Position numbers and translations under genes: made by a program. Positions 46,820 through 61,106 of a stretch of DNA of 64,000 nt are shown here, in pieces (the stretch's first letter is position 1; every line of letters begins with the position of its first letter). The notes beneath the pieces were generated by a model that ran no database searches, was not told the origin of the DNA, and was given only the letters and a program-made list of their open reading frames with translations. The DNA comes from Hyphochytrium catenoides (taxonomy: Eukaryota; Protista; Hyphochytriomycota): assembly GCA_900088475.1 (NCBI GenBank), contig FLMG01000335.1, positions 186,001 through 250,000 of the forward strand. The letters run 5' to 3'.

Positions 46820-49800
46820 ATGGAGAACGTATTACTCAGAAGAATGCCGCGGGCGGGTGGAGAAATAGCATTGCCAGAAGGGGCGAACTCTCTTTCTCTT
46901 CCAGAGGGATTTGCACTTAGAGTGGGCACCGATGAGGAAAACGACATTGTTCTTGACGCCGGTCAGCAAGAGGTAAGATTACAGAGCAATAAGGGAGAGC
47001 GGAAAGTAGTAGTCGAAAGTGAGGGGATAGGGGCGACGAGTAGGCAGATAAAAAGACAGCGTGAGAGAGCGTATGTCAAGGAATGGACTTTGAGCTAGGA
47101 AGGATGGTGACGGTAGCGACCAAAGAAAAGTCTGAAGGCGGACTTTTCCAAAAAGACCTTGAGTCCTCTCTTGCGATATCTCAGATCTCTTATCGGCCTG
47201 CTTCGTTGCTCTCCCTAGGTATCGGGCTCTCACGGAACTTTTGAGCGAACATCAAGGCTAGGAGTCATTGTCTACACAGATCACAGGCAAGCGCAACCCC
47301 CTGACTGTGTCTCTGCTGGCCTTCTCTCTCCCTCTCTCTCTCACTTCTTCTCTCTGCCTCTCTCTCTGCCTTCCTCTCTTCTTCGTTCTCTCACTCTCTC
47401 TCTCTTCCTACTTCTCTCTCTCTCTCCCTCTCTCTCCCTCTACCCTCGCTTCTAAAGCAGCCGGCCCTTTCATTCTTTGGTTGGCTCGATCCCTTTCATC
47501 TTTGGTCGTGCCATTTGGCTGTACTAGCTCCCCATTTTTTCGCTCTCTCTGTCTGGCTTCTTATGCTCATAGACTAATAGGGTAACCCTTCAGCCTTCCC
47601 TTGTCGTCCTTATGGTCCCACCATTTCTGTCTCTTCTCTCTCTCTCCACCTACTCCCTATTCTTATATCCCTCTATGCCTATGTCCCCACTTCTCGCGCT
47701 GAACCTACTCTGTGATTTGTTTAGTGATTATGGGAGTAATGTAAATGGAAGTGAACTGCGGCAAGGCTCTGTGGTACTTGGGGACGGGGATCTTGTGTCC
47801 TTTGGCTCCACTACGGTAGCAGTTGAGGTGTGGACGAGGAAGATAAGCAGGGAAGGAAAGCCCACGATCCCTGTTCCCACTATCTTCTCCCCCCGGCGTT
47901 GCTCTTCTTGTTCGTCGTCGAATGGCTCCCGGGAAGGCAACAGTGAGGAGCTTTGCAGTCCAGAAAAGCAGGTAAGGAAGCGCTGGTTAAATTACTTTCT
48001 ACTTTCTGCTCGTCGCTCTTCGAATTGTCGTGGTTATATTCTTCTCCCTCTCGCTTGCCTGCTCGTACTGCTCTGTGCACTGACGGCCTTATTCAACCTG
48101 CCTTCGCTTTGCAATCCTAGGGTCCCAATGCCGCCAGCGTCGAACCTGGTTCTCCTCGGTTTAAAGGATCTGTTGGCGGCCCAAGTGTGGTGTACAAGAC
48201 TCTTTCCTCTGCCATAAAGAACCCGTCTCGCACACCAGTGGTAGGTGGCAATGGNNNNNNNNNNNNNNNNNNNNNNNNNNNNNNNNNNNNNNNNNNNNNN
48301 NNNNNNNNNNNNNNNNNTCTGCATCGCGTAACTCAGGCTGAAACTGGGTTTATTGGACCATCTCTATCTCTCTGCTGTACGGCCTGGTTCCTTTGACCAA
48401 ATCAAGCCAATCTTGGTCTCCGCTCCGTTTCTTAATCACTATTCCCATTTACTTCTGTAGAGCCAGAACAAGCTCAGACCGATGACGGTGCTGCAGTCTC
48501 ATATGGGGAAGAGCCTGCCAAGGGTGCCGTCAGGGCAACTAGTTGCTCCAAGCTCTCAGGTCTGCGCCATATCTCCCATTCCTGAACTACTACTTCCCTT
48601 GAGCGACAGCCCTAGCCTAGATCAAGCGCAGTCCTCGTCGGGCTGTCAGGTCATTTACCCTTTGCCACTTGATTTGATTCTCTTGTCTGCATTCCTCTGC
48701 TTGACGCTAGCCTTTCCAGTGAGCCCAACCTCTTCTGTCTTCATAATATCAGAGAAACCTGCCCTCCGACCTCACTTATTAAGCTTTATACTTTTCCACA
48801 GGAATTTGCGGCCGTGAAGAACCAGCCACACTCCAGTGCCTCGCCCGTTACCAAGATAGATGACTACACAGGGACAAGGAAGCTCGTAGGTCCCACAACC
48901 TACTACGGCTCGGTACCAGGACAAGCGAGAGGAAAACTAATGACGAACGAGGAGGCAAGAGATGAATCACAGCCAAAGCTAAACATCGCGCAAGTAGAAG
49001 ACGACTGGGAAGAAGAGGCTATGCTCCATCCGCCAGAACACTCGTCAAGCCCTCTTCCTATCGACAACTTCCGCAAGGTAGACCGGCATAGACGTATCGT
49101 TGACACTCTCCTCTTCGTTTGTCGTTTCGTTTGGTGGAGTGTCCCTGTCTGAAGACAAGATGGCCTCCGGTCCATCCTTCGCCGGGTGACTGTCTCTCTT
49201 TACGGCGTTGTCTTGCCATGTATAACCTCTCTGCTATCTATGAGTGCATACGCCAGATCTAATGAATGATACAGAAGTCGAAGAGGCTGATGCCAGTGCG
49301 CTGTGCCATACGCTCTAAAGCAGCATTTAGAGCTGCGAGGGATGGGCTGAAGAGAGAGGAGGGCGTTATGGACTGGCATGAGCCAGAGGTACGTCACTAC
49401 CTTACTTCTTAGTAGCATTCCACTTTATCGCAGTCAGTCCTATGGTCCCTCTTCTGCTCAATGCTTTTTGCTCTCTCTCCCTGCCTCTCTATCTCTAAGT
49501 TTACCTATATGGCCGCTCTAGCACAAAGCTCTTCTTCCCCTTCGCTCCTTTCTTTTCGTCGCGTCTTCCGTCCCGGGCTTTCAAGGGTTAGTGCCGGTAG
49601 GCGGAATTGTGACCTAAACGACGCTCTTCAGGCTGGTCGAACTTCATCCGAGAAGGGTGAGGATCTCTGGAAATTGGACGGCAACGGTATTCCGGAGGAA
49701 GATGGTATCAAGAGCGCACCCAGGTCACCTCCTGTTCCTCTTTTTCCACCGCTTACTTCTTGTTAATGCCATTCACTGCCTCGACCTAATCCGGCAGCTC

Positions 49801-50330
49801 TCGGCCGCTCGCCTCTCCTACTCCTTCCCCAACGAGCAGTGCGGCCGACCTGGACTTTGGAGACTCCAAGTCCTCCTGCAGCTCCAGGGACTTTGCAGAT
49901 GGGCTTTCTAGTGGTAAGATAGGAGACAGAAGATCCACACATAAGGGCGTTGAAGAGTCAATCATGATCATGGAAGTAGGAAAGAGATAGAGACAGAGAT
50001 TTGGGGATTGGCAGAGAGAGCTTCAGGCATTATGCGTTTAGTTCGGTGGCTTCTCAAGGTGTTCTCTGCCCATTTCCCTCTTCTCGCTCTCTCATATCCT
50101 CCTTTTTGTTTTCATTGTGTCATGCAGACACAGACAAGAGTCTGGAGAGAATGCTTCTCTCCTCTTCCGTGGCGGTAGAGCCGGAGGGGGATCTCTCTCC
50201 GCGCAAGCCGTCACAATCTTTCCATAAGAAGATGTTCCTCGCGCCATTTGAGGACAGTGACATCCTGGCCATGTCATCTCCAGCTTCCTCGCAGACTCTG
50301 CCAAGGGCTATCCTCTCGTCCTCTCATTAG
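46820..50330 (+). CDS. FHA-domain protein with disordered Ser/Pro-rich C-terminus
   Basis: LRVGTDEENDIVL...|VSGSHGTF...|YGSNVNGSEL...LGDGDLVSFG matches the FHA pattern, although the canonical Arg after Gly is Thr here. Downstream exons are low complexity and span a gap. Confidence 0.7.
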
Positions 50331-51151
50331 TCGATGACGCATAAAGGACGGATCGGGACCGGTGGAGCTCTCTAGAACTGCTAAAGGAGCCCCAAGACTT
50401 AGACTGAAAGCAAGGCTCTGACAGAGGCAGCAAGAGCGACGCCATGCCTATATCACCACAATGTATATAGAGAAACAACAGAGGGCGACTGGCATTTTCT
50501 CTCGACAGCGGACGGAAGAAGGAACAAGGTGGATTGTAAGGAAGGAAACCGCACCTGCTTGGAGAGTGAACAGGTCGTCCTAGAGAATAAATTATTGTCA
50601 AACTAAGGTCTGGCCCCGCCTACAGCTTCCTCTGCGCTATCGATCTCTAGAGGAGGCCGTGCCTCCAGACGCGCACTGCCGATCATTGCCCATCAGCCTT
50701 CTCTCTGGCCAGTGAGTGCACCGCCTCTCTTCTGCCCGTGCCCTGAAGCTCTCAAGGAAAAAGAAGTTAGATTTTTAGTCTCTTGACAGAACTATCCAGT
50801 CCTTTTCGCAATATTCTCGGTATGAGGTCTATGCAAATAAGGCGTACTGCTGTGTATAATGTAGTGAAAAATAAAGTGGGTGGAGATAGGAATCTGTGTG
50901 GCCTATAATTGTCGCTTCCAGCTTCAACTTCAGCCTGAAGATTTTGTGATGTTGTGCCGATTGCAGGGAGTGTCAGGCTCCAAGGCCTTGACAGATGGCG
51001 CAGCAGCAGCTCTGGAACGCTGACAAGAAGGCGCATTATCCTACAGATTAGACGTGTATGGAGCTCTCTCGTTGCTTCTACCTATCTCCAGAGGGCAATC
51101 TTGCTGGCGTACACAGCAGGAGGAAGAGAGCAACAGTTCCAATCGAGGCTG

Positions 51152-54100
51152 ATGGCGGGTGCAGGAAGAGGAAGAAAGGACGCGGAGTCCTACGCAGAAG
51201 GCCCATCTTCCCTTAGTCAAAACTATGGTGAAGCACCGTTCTCCTTCGTTGACTGGCTCCAGTTCGAGTGCTTTGTAGTTTCAGCCTTTGGATTATGCTG
51301 CAGAGCTAGCGCTCACTAATCCCTTTTCCACAGTCTCGCTTATTCACTGCCACTCCATCGCCTCACATGTCTCTCCTCCTCGTCTTGTCAGGGTTGGTGG
51401 AGGTCAGCACTTTTCACGGCTTGCAAGGGAAGAGTTCTGCCTCGTCTGTTGACTTGGCCACGGCCACTTCCTCGACGGATAGTCTTCCGCCCTGGCTACG
51501 GACAGCTGTCATCAAACCCTTGACGTAAGCTACATCCAAAGTGTCGGCCTTCTTCTGTTCTGCCTATCTCTTCCAACATTGACCTTCCTTTGATTTCTCT
51601 TTCCCTTCGTCTCTTCAAGGTATTGCGGTCGATGCTATGGAAGTGTTCCGCTACTTAGACTCTCTAAGAAGCTCCCTTCCCACCCTCTATCCCAATTGTC
51701 TCTACTGTCCTCTGCTATCCCACAGGTCCGTACAGAAAGTAATTTTCGACATGTTCCTTCCTGTCGGCTACCCAGCGTCAGTCTCAGAGGTGGGTGCTCT
51801 TGAATGTTTAGGATGTCGGGTCAATGGAAGGACAGAGAAGAGAGCAACGTTAATAGGCTATCTAAACAAAGCGGCGGAAGCAAGAAGTGTCTGGCTCACG
51901 CGCACAATGATGTCAAAGGAGAGAGTGAGATGGACGGTTGCTTTTTGTTAGCCTGTATGAGTAGGCAGGAGGGACGGGAGCAGGAGCCCGAGGCAGACAC
52001 AGAGAGAGAGACGAGGCCAAGAGCTGCCAGGAAAGGAAGTCAACTGACTGACCGGATGACTAGGGTCTAGGATTAAAAGAACAGTCTGCACACGAGCTGT
52101 GCTTGTTCCCTCTCAACTCCACTCAAGAGTTGCTCATCATTTGCTTTGCTCAACAGGATTACCTTCAATTCCAGTTTTGGGACACACTTCAGGTACATGT
52201 CGAGTGAGCTGTTGACCTTGACCCCTCGTCTCTCTCTCTCTCTCTCTCCCTGTTTGTCTCTCTATATATATACCTAATTTTTAGTATATATTCTTCTCTC
52301 TTTCTCCTTCACCCACACCGACCGTTTCTCTCTTTGTCTCTCTCTCTCTCCGTCCTCTCTTTCTGTCTGTGCCGCTCTCGCCCTTCCAGGGCCACTCTTC
52401 CTGGCCAGTTGGTAGCTGTCTTTGACCAGCTCCTTTCATTTATCTATTCTATTGGCTTAACGTCCTCTTCGTCTTTACTCCCTACCAGGGGATGTGTAGT
52501 TACCTGCGTGGCATTCTTGCTACTCAGGCAGTGCTCGAGGGTGTTGGGGTGGGCAAAGGTGGGGTGCGCACTAATCTGAAGACAATGTAGCCACTCCTTT
52601 GTAGCAGCCTTCCCCATCTTTCGCCGCCGACGCGGTCCTCCCCCATTTGCCTCCTGTCATCGGAAAGGGCCATAGAGGCCTACTTCAGAAAGCTTCTCGT
52701 TTTATGCCTCACCTATAATCGTGCTCTTTACCCTTCTGCTTTGTCAACTAGAAAGCGCAACGCCGCTTGCTGCCGCTATCCAGTGGGTCATAAGGGACGG
52801 TTCGGGTATGAAAAGTTTTCATACGCATCTCTTCTCCGGCTCGTTAAGGGCTCTTTGGCACTCTTCCAATTCGTCTCCCCCTAATATTCCTCGCCGCCCC
52901 TAACCAAAGTTGCCCGCCCATTAACGATCTCTTCCTTCCTTCTTCTTCTGCCTCTCTTCTTCCTGCATCACCTTCAATTCTTCTTGAGAGAATCACTCTT
53001 TCTGTCTCAGCTCAATTCATTTCATATTTTCTCTTCCAGGTATGCTCGGGGGTTTAGCCTTCGCCTACGCTGCCTCTCATCGTTTTGATGCTGATGTGAA
53101 GAAATGGAGATTATTTGCTGATCTGATCAATGATGTAGCCCTCACAATAGGTGAGGAACTTTCCATCTGAAGATGTGGGCCCCTTTCTTCTCTTTTGGGA
53201 TATATTCCCTCTTGTTGGTGAGAATCTGCCGGACCCTTATGTGTAGCTTTCTCTGTGACCTCTTTCGCTGTTCCGTGCAGGGCTACCTGTATGAGGGTAT
53301 GCTAGTCACTCCCCCTCCTCATTTCTTCCACTTCTCTTGCTGTCTTTCTCCCATACTCTGCCTCTCTCTCTCTTTGTTCGTTTAAACAGTCATCTGAGCT
53401 TCACCCCCGCCTATGAATTGTTCTGGTCCCGCTGAATTACTCTTCGCTTCTAGAAATGCTTGCGCCCTTCTTTCCTGGCTACGTAACCTACGCTCTCAGT
53501 TTGGCGGCAGTGTGCAAGAGTTTATGTGGTGTCGCTGCGGGTGCTACACGGTCGACTCTCACTGCACATTTCGCTTTGAAGGATAATATGGCTGGTACAA
53601 GGCTACACTATCCGATTCGCAGACTTGTGTCCCTCTGGAGTCTTCCGTGCTAATAGTTGTTTGACGAATCTCCTTCGCCTCCTCTTCACTATCTCGATAT
53701 GTTGCATTCCCCGTGTACAGCTTACCCTTGAATGCTCTTTCTTGGGTGCTATCCATCGCGTTGCCTGGACGACCCTTAAGCCTGCGCTGTAGTTCTAAAT
53801 TTCTCAATCTATAGATATTGCCGCAAAGGAGGGATCCCAAGAGACGGCGGTGCACCTCTTGGGCTTATGTTTCGGTCAGCCTCCGCCTACCTGGTCCTCC
53901 TAGAGTCCTTGTCATCACTCTATGAGTACTGTCTGTCCTTGACGCATCTTGGCTTCACGATGCTGGGTCTGGTCACTGGACACTCCTGTCGGTTTTGTTA
54001 ACTCTTGCATTCTACTCCTACCTCTAAGCTAGTCACCTTTGTGCAGGAATGTATTTCGCCTCCTTGGTCAACAAGTCAAGACAGAGTGTGTGGACGGCCT

Positions 54101-55365
54101 TCGTATTACTGACTCTCTTTCATGTCTTTGCGAATTACAAGGTGGTGGTTGCTTGCTGTACTTTCCCTAATGGCCTTGATCTGTCGATAGCAAGTCTACA
54201 TGTCCTTATCTACCGTCTATAGCCCTATAGTTTCCCACCGATAGGAGGAGGTGGTCCGTCAGGAGTAGGGATGTACTCCTCTTGCAACTAGTTCCGCTCT
54301 CTCTGCTCGTCTCTCCTCCAAATGTGCTGCTGAAGCTAGATCTCTTACCGTTTGCCCCTCAGGGAGTGAAGTGCCTAAGGCTGCCGTTGCTGAACTGTTC
54401 TCGTTTAGATATATTGCTACAGAGATATAGAGCATTATCGGAGTCAGACCTGGTTGGCAGCGCTGTAAGTAACGCGGGTTAATACGCTTGATAGTCTGTC
54501 TCCGTGGGGCAGGCGCCGAGAAAGTGGCGAGGAGGAAGGGAGGCATGATGAATAATGAGCTGCTAGACCAATTTTGGCCAGGAAGAGAAAGTGCGTCTTC
54601 ATGGTGATGATTATCCCTTCTAACACTCGGTTGTTACAGTCTTTCAGCGTTGCGTCCGTAGCGAGGGAGGAGACTGTCTTCTTCAATCCTTTCTCGCTCT
54701 GCTTTCCTTCATCAGAACGGCGCATTGTCATGGGTTCCAGGGTCGGTCAAGCTCTGAAAGGGCTCTCCGAAAAGGAGTATCAACTCCTGCGTGACGTCTT
54801 TAGGTTAGTACCTGTTGTTCTCCGCCCTTAGCTTACCATTTGCTTACAAACCTCTCCCTTCTCTTCTCCATGTCTGCCATCTGGTCTCGCTTCATCCATT
54901 TATCTATTCTGATGTCACGTCCTCGTTTGCAGCGCCCTCTACCCATTCTGAGGCTGTCTAACTCTTTTTTATATATCCCTTCGATAGGGAAGAGCGGTTC
55001 TTCCTCATCGTGCAAGAAGGGTGTATACTCATTCTGTTGCAGGACACAGCCAGCGTAAGCGCCTGACGTAGCCCCATTTCCAATCTTTTGCTCTTCTCTC
55101 TCTTTTGCCCTCTCTTTATTCTTGACTCTTTTTGATAACCTTCATCGTTTAGCCCCTAGATGAGCTTCGGGCGTACATGGTAGCCGCCTATGTCCGAGGA
55201 ATGAAGACATGTGAGAAGGAAGGAGAGGCGCAGTCCGCACATCAAGGGCTTGCATTTGTTGATAAGCACTTTGATTCTTTCTGCCAGATCCTTAGGGCGG
55301 AGGGATGGAGGACAGATCGGTTGTGTCTCGGAACGAAGGAATGGAGATATAAGCAGTGCGATTAG
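51152..55365 (+). CDS. RUS1 / DUF647 (root UVB sensitive, C16orf58-like) family protein
   Basis: FLPVGYPASVSE|DYLQFQFWDTLQ, LATQAVLEGVGVG, AAAIQWVIRDG, FDADVKKWRLFADLIND, CGVAAGATRSTLTAHFA and DIAAKEGSQET. Confidence 0.93.
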
Positions 55366-55875
55366 GGGTTTAAGAGAACTGGCAAGATCCGAGAGTGCTA
55401 AAAAGCTGGGTAGCCTTAATCTAGGACCAGCCAAAGCAAGTGGGAGCATTCGAAATCTGCAGAACAGGGACTCTGGCGAATATCTCGTACCAGAAGAAGA
55501 GGGCCCACGGTGAGCAGGTCACCCTCATGAGCCGTTTCTATAGCAGCTTTACTCTATCGCTTTGTACAGAGTCCACGTACTTGTTATGCAGTAGCGTCTG
55601 CCTTCGCCCAAGAACAGCGGTGTGCGGCTAGCTCTTGGCATGGTTTTAAGCTGAAGTAGTCCACACAGCAACTTTTCTTCCTCCAGCAGGTGCGGGACCG
55701 CTTCTGACGGTACCGCTTCCTGACTGTGGGCTTACATCTCCAACGATGTCGACTTCTAGTTAAAGCGTACAACAATAATAATAGAGAGAATAGAAGTCTT
55801 CGGCCATGGCTCCTCCTCGACTGCGCCAGAGCTGTCACGGAATCCGGTAGCACGGCGTCTACGGTGGGCTCTGTT

Positions 55876-58800
55876 TTACTCCTTCTTTTGCTTCCCAGTA
55901 GCCAGCCCTGGACCTTTTCGAACGTCATCTCGAAGCAACCGGGGCGAAGAGCACCAAGTGAAGATCAAGAGATAAACTAAGCCTGTGACAGCCAGCGACA
56001 CTAGAGCCTGCTGCGGCAGAGACAGAAGGACTTGGCCATCCCAGAGTTTCTTGAAGAACTTGTGCACCTAAATAAAAGATGTTTAGCGGAAGAGAACAAA
56101 AAGCGAGACCAGCTAGGACCCAAACCCTTGGCCCTGTCAAATTTTCCAAGGACGTAGTACGCGGAAGTGACAAGTGGTGTCCCCTTGGAACAGTACGGGC
56201 CGCGGATATCCCACCTTTCTAAGCAGTCTCCAGCTTTCTTCCATTATTGGGTTCATCGGGAAGTAGGGCCGGCGAGGTGGAGTGTTCTCTGGATGGCAGC
56301 TGTCAAACTCCAACAGTTTTCCCTCACCTACGCGCAACCCGCTATAGCGGTAACACACTCTTTCTCCATCATCCATAACATCCACAACGCCGAATTGACC
56401 TGCCACACATGCCAAAAGTTAGGGGAACAGGCAGGAGAAGAGGAGCCAGGAAGCGTAGCAAGTCCCACTTCCTTCCTAGGAAATGCGAAGTAGCGAAGGC
56501 AATAAGAAGGATCAAAGTGGGCACAGAAGATGTGGAGTTTTGAAGACGAAAGCCGTAGCCTGATGTGTTATAGACTTTACCCAGTCTCTGAGAGTCCAGG
56601 ACTGAAGAGCTTAGATACAGGCATAGAAAAGACACAGACGACGGGAACCACCAGAACGAATGACGACCTGATCCAGGAAAAGCTCCATGGGAATATGGCC
56701 CTCCCTTCACACTGCCTGGTCTCCCCAAGGCTGCCGCGTGCATCACAACCATCCCTCCCGCGCTATGAGAACCATTGTCTAAGGCTAGCATATGGGCGTC
56801 TCCACTGACTATGACAACCTTGCTAGCAAGATCTAGGGAACGGATATACGATGCCAGCTCCTGTCTTTCCTAAGAGGGCAAAGGGATGTTAGAGAATCCA
56901 TACGAGAGGAAGAGGGACAAGTGACGATTGCCGAGCACGACACACAGACACTGGGAAACTGCGCGGCGACGGGGGTGAGAGGTATAAGGAGGTGGTGAGC
57001 GACAGCACTTCTCAGCGGTCGTTTAGACTCCGTTATACCTCAGGAAAGTAGCCCCATTTCCTGAAGTTATCAAGCCAGGGCATGGTCACCGCCCAGACTA
57101 TGAGCCCGACTTTCTCCTTCTCTCTCGCAGCTCTCTCTAACTCTCTCTTCAACCACTCCTTCTGCTCCACTCCGAGGACGGTCTTGTTGCTCCCTCTGGA
57201 CAGATTCGGATCCCTTTCTGAACGAAGATCCGTAAGGATAAAGCGTACTCGGCCAATAGAGAAGACCTGAGGGATAGGGCCACTGCGCACAGGGGAGAGA
57301 GGGCAAAATTGAGGCGCTAAGTGAGACGAGAGAGCTTCGACATTCGAGGAGGCCGGATGTCACGGTAAGGAAAAGCGGAGAGAGGTATTGGCCCGGCCAG
57401 TACATAGTGGAGGATCGCGCACGACCTTGATCGTTGTCGAATGATCAAGGACAGGACCTTCTAGGCTGCGTCAAAGGCAGGAAGGAGAGAGACAGAAGGA
57501 CTGTGGCTGACCTCGGTCCGTAATGCCCTTGAAGTTTCGGAATATCATAGTGCGGAACATACTCCTTGTACACCTTGATTGCAGCTTCTCTGCCAGGGGC
57601 CGTACCGTCACTATTGTCAGGGCCGAAGTCGTGATCGTCCCACATATAAGCCATTGGCAGCTGGGGTGTGGAGACACTCTGTTTACTGCCTAGCCAGTCC
57701 ATCTCGCTTCCCCTGCCCTCCGCTCTCCACACTCCACTCCTGCTAACTCTAACTCCTCTTCTCCTTTATGTTACTCATACCACGCTATGGCTTAAGAAGT
57801 AACCAACTGTTGACCTATCTCAGAACAGGTACTTAGACCTTACTCGCTCTGCAGTCACTCGTTGTAATTTCACCTATGGGGCCCTATCTCTTCCCTTCAT
57901 CGACTTCTCACCTTTAGGCCCATCAGGGCCTTTCCAAACTTCGCCTGCATGACGCGCTCATAAGCTCCTCTATACTCTTCTGGGTCATTCCTCGCGATGT
58001 CACCGTAATGGAAGTCGCCAAGGTGGAGGAAGAGGAAAGGCTTTTGCTCTGAGAGAAGAGAGATCACCTACAAGAGAATAAAAGTGACCACCGGCAGAAG
58101 AAAGAGGACAAAACAGAGTGGAATGAGACAAAGCCTGAAGAGACGCCGCTAGGACGATGACGGCATAGAGGGGATACCTCGAGGATGATGGAGGTAGGGC
58201 AAACAGAAATGAGGGAGATTGTCAAAGAGAAGATGAGCAGTCTAGAGATGCAACAGTATGACAAGCCACCTCTGAGAATGAAGCGAAAGAGGAAACTAAA
58301 GCGAGAGAGAAACCATACTGCTTCTGGGTAAGCCAGGCATGCACCTGGCGTATAATAGTCAGGTTGAGGAAGAAGGTCGTCGAAATCTGAGAATTAAAGA
58401 ACTCAGAAGCGAGCGCGAACCTTCGGGTCTGAGTTCTCGTCGGCGCACGAAGAAAATGCGAAGCGAAAGTTCATGGGCTTTCCTTCTTCCTGCGGAAGAG
58501 ATAGAGACCCAGAATGCATCTCTGAGGTTGTGAGAGACAGAGAATCCAGGGCAATGCGCCATGAATACTGTCCTCCAGGGACTAGGCCTTTGGCGTGTAC
58601 GTCAAATATCTCTGGATGAGTTGTACTTTGGGCTTTGAACTCTCGAGCTTCTTCCTTGGCATTGATCTCGGTTTCTTCATTCGTCTTTGGCGAAGGGGAA
58701 GAGATGTAGAGCTTCAAACTTTCAGGACGCAGCTCTGGAGGAGGCATTTAGACAATAAGAGGATATATATATTGGCAAGCATAAGATCCTGCAGGACAGA

Positions 58801-59118
58801 GTCGGTGGACGTGAAGCTCAAGCAGAGGCGTGATAGGAGGTGTGGAAGAAGTTAGTCCTTAGCGTAGTGCTCACCATGAAGTAAGTCCTTGGGCTGCAAT
58901 TTGACCTTGAACCTTGCAGAAGAGCTCGTAATAGCTCCTATCCAGACCCACTCCGCGGCCAGTGAGGAAGAGTTAGAAGAGGAAGAGAGAGAGGAGGAAC
59001 CGGAAAATGTATGCTCCTTCTTTTTCTTCTTGGACGCGGCGTGGACACCGTCTAAAACGACTGTTCCTAACAGTAGAACCATCAGCATCACTCGCCAGTG
59101 CAACGGCCCGTGCATCAT
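55876..59118 (-). CDS. phoD: PhoD-family alkaline phosphatase/phosphodiesterase with signal peptide and C-terminal TM helix
   Basis: WIGAITSSSARF, FAFSSC, LHLGDFHYGD, YMWDDHDFGPD, LTDLRSERD, LGVEQKEWL and SGDAHMLA. Hydrophobic stretch before a Lys-rich C-terminus. Confidence 0.9.
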
Positions 59119-59948
59119 TGTACAAAGGAGCTCGGCTGACAGAAATCAGCAAGAAGGTTTAGCACATTTGCCACCAGGCCCTTGAGTCACTGACTCTTTA
59201 TTCTTCCCCCTCACACGACGAACTGTTTCCCTAAAGCCTTCTCAGAAGACTGTATCGTCTGCGCTTCTCACGCTGTTGCACACTGCATGCCAGCGGCAGT
59301 CAAAAGGAGCTATGGGCAGCGGTGCAGATGATGGCAGAGCGCAGCTCGAAGAGATAGATCATCAAGAAGACCGAGGCCCAGCCCGAAAGATCTGCAGAAA
59401 GCTCAAGCCAGGACAGTCATAAGTTGAAGATCTTGTCACAGTGTGAGGCCAAGTTGATTTATGACATAGAAACATATATGGCATGCATTATGCATCGATA
59501 TGACGCGATCATCCTCCTCATATAGTACCAATAACGCTGACAGAGAGGTACTCTATGCCAATGCCTGCATATAGAAGGCCTAGAAGAACCATAGGGTACC
59601 CGATGTTTATTATCTGTCCAAAGCTTCTATTCCTTCACTGTCCACATTTAGTCGCTAGTGGAGAGATTTAGGCAAGAGGAGGTTACTTTTGAAAGGAGCG
59701 ATGGGTGGCTTCTCGCACCCGAAGCTCCAAGCTTCATAAGAGATTGAGCGGGCAGCCAAGAGAGACGGGGCCATCAGATGATGATCAGATGATGGAGAGG
59801 GACAATCGGAAGTTTAGCCATCCATTTTTATTCATAGTTGGAGTCCTGGGACCTCCACCTCTGACAGCAGAAACCTAAAAGAGGTTACGATTGACCTGGA
59901 CGTCCTCACAACACGGTGCCCAGAGTAGGACTGATGCCAAATAGCGGT

Positions 59949-61106
59949 CTACTTCCTCTTTCCACCTGGCTTCTTCTTCGCTAGCTTGGCCTTCAGTTTC
60001 TCCGCCTCTCCTGCCTTGCTGGCATCCTTGGCAGCCTAACAGGGAGGCAGGTGCTCGTTAGCTTTAGAGAATATGGAGCATTAGGCATGAACTGTATTGC
60101 TTCTTCATAGGCGCATCCCTTTACCTTCTCTTCGAGGCGCTTTTTTGCGGCCTCCTCGCGCTGCTGGCGTAGGAGTCTAAGTCGATCTAGATCAGCGTCG
60201 CCTGTACAAGGTGCTCTGTGTAAGTGCTCAGGGGACAAGCATCTTCGGCAATTCTTCAACCGCTATTCTACTGGTATGGCACGAGCGGGGTGCTTCCGCC
60301 TCAATGCCCTGTCCTTGAATAATAGCGTACCTTGTCGTCCACTGCCTGGACTTCCTTTGACGTCTAGCAACTCAATTTCAAAGACCAAAGTAGCTCCAGG
60401 AGGAATGTCTTTGCCGGAACCCGCCTGAAACAGGGAACTGATCAGCCACCAGCGAAGTTACACCTTTACAGTCTCTCTTCATACGCTACCGTCAGGCCTG
60501 ATGGGTGACAGGCCTGATTATGGGGTCCATCCTTCGAGAGACGCAGCGACTTAGACTCACCTCTCCGTAGCCGTACTCAGAAGCAATCTTGAATTCCGCT
60601 TTCTCTCCTACTCTCATAGTCTTGATGCCTATCTCCCATCCTTTAATCACCTTGGCCTCTCCAACCTTGAAGACGTAGGGATAAGAGCCAAGATTGCGGT
60701 CGAACTCTATGCCCTTATGGGTCCCAATGTAGTTAACATAGCAGGTGTCACCCTAAGCGCCAGAAATTAGTGGGCGGAGGAGGCCAGTTAGATCACCAGT
60801 TTAGAGGCAATGAGAAGTTGTCAGAGACGACTAAAAATGGCCGCATAATAACTATGGGCACCTGACAATGACGAAGGAGCAGAGGGATCTTTAGACCTCT
60901 GAGAAGGTGCTTGATCTCTCGCAGCACATGGAGAATGCGGATCAAGGGAATAACCAGCATAGCTAAGGCATTGTCAAACCATTCCGGTTGCTCACCACGT
61001 CAGGTAGACTTTGACTGTCGTCTGTGGCCGCTTTTAGCAACTTTTTAAGCACCCCGCCATCATGATCCGGAGTTACGTCTTCATAGCTCCCCGTCGTTTG
61101 ACTCAT
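59949..61106 (-). CDS. FKBP-type peptidyl-prolyl isomerase with basic C-terminal tail
   Basis: DGGVLKK, VNYIGT...EFD, VIKGWEIGIKTMRVGEKAEF, YGYGE|AGSGKDIPPGATLVFEIELL, then a charged helix ending KKKPGGKRK. Confidence 0.92.
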
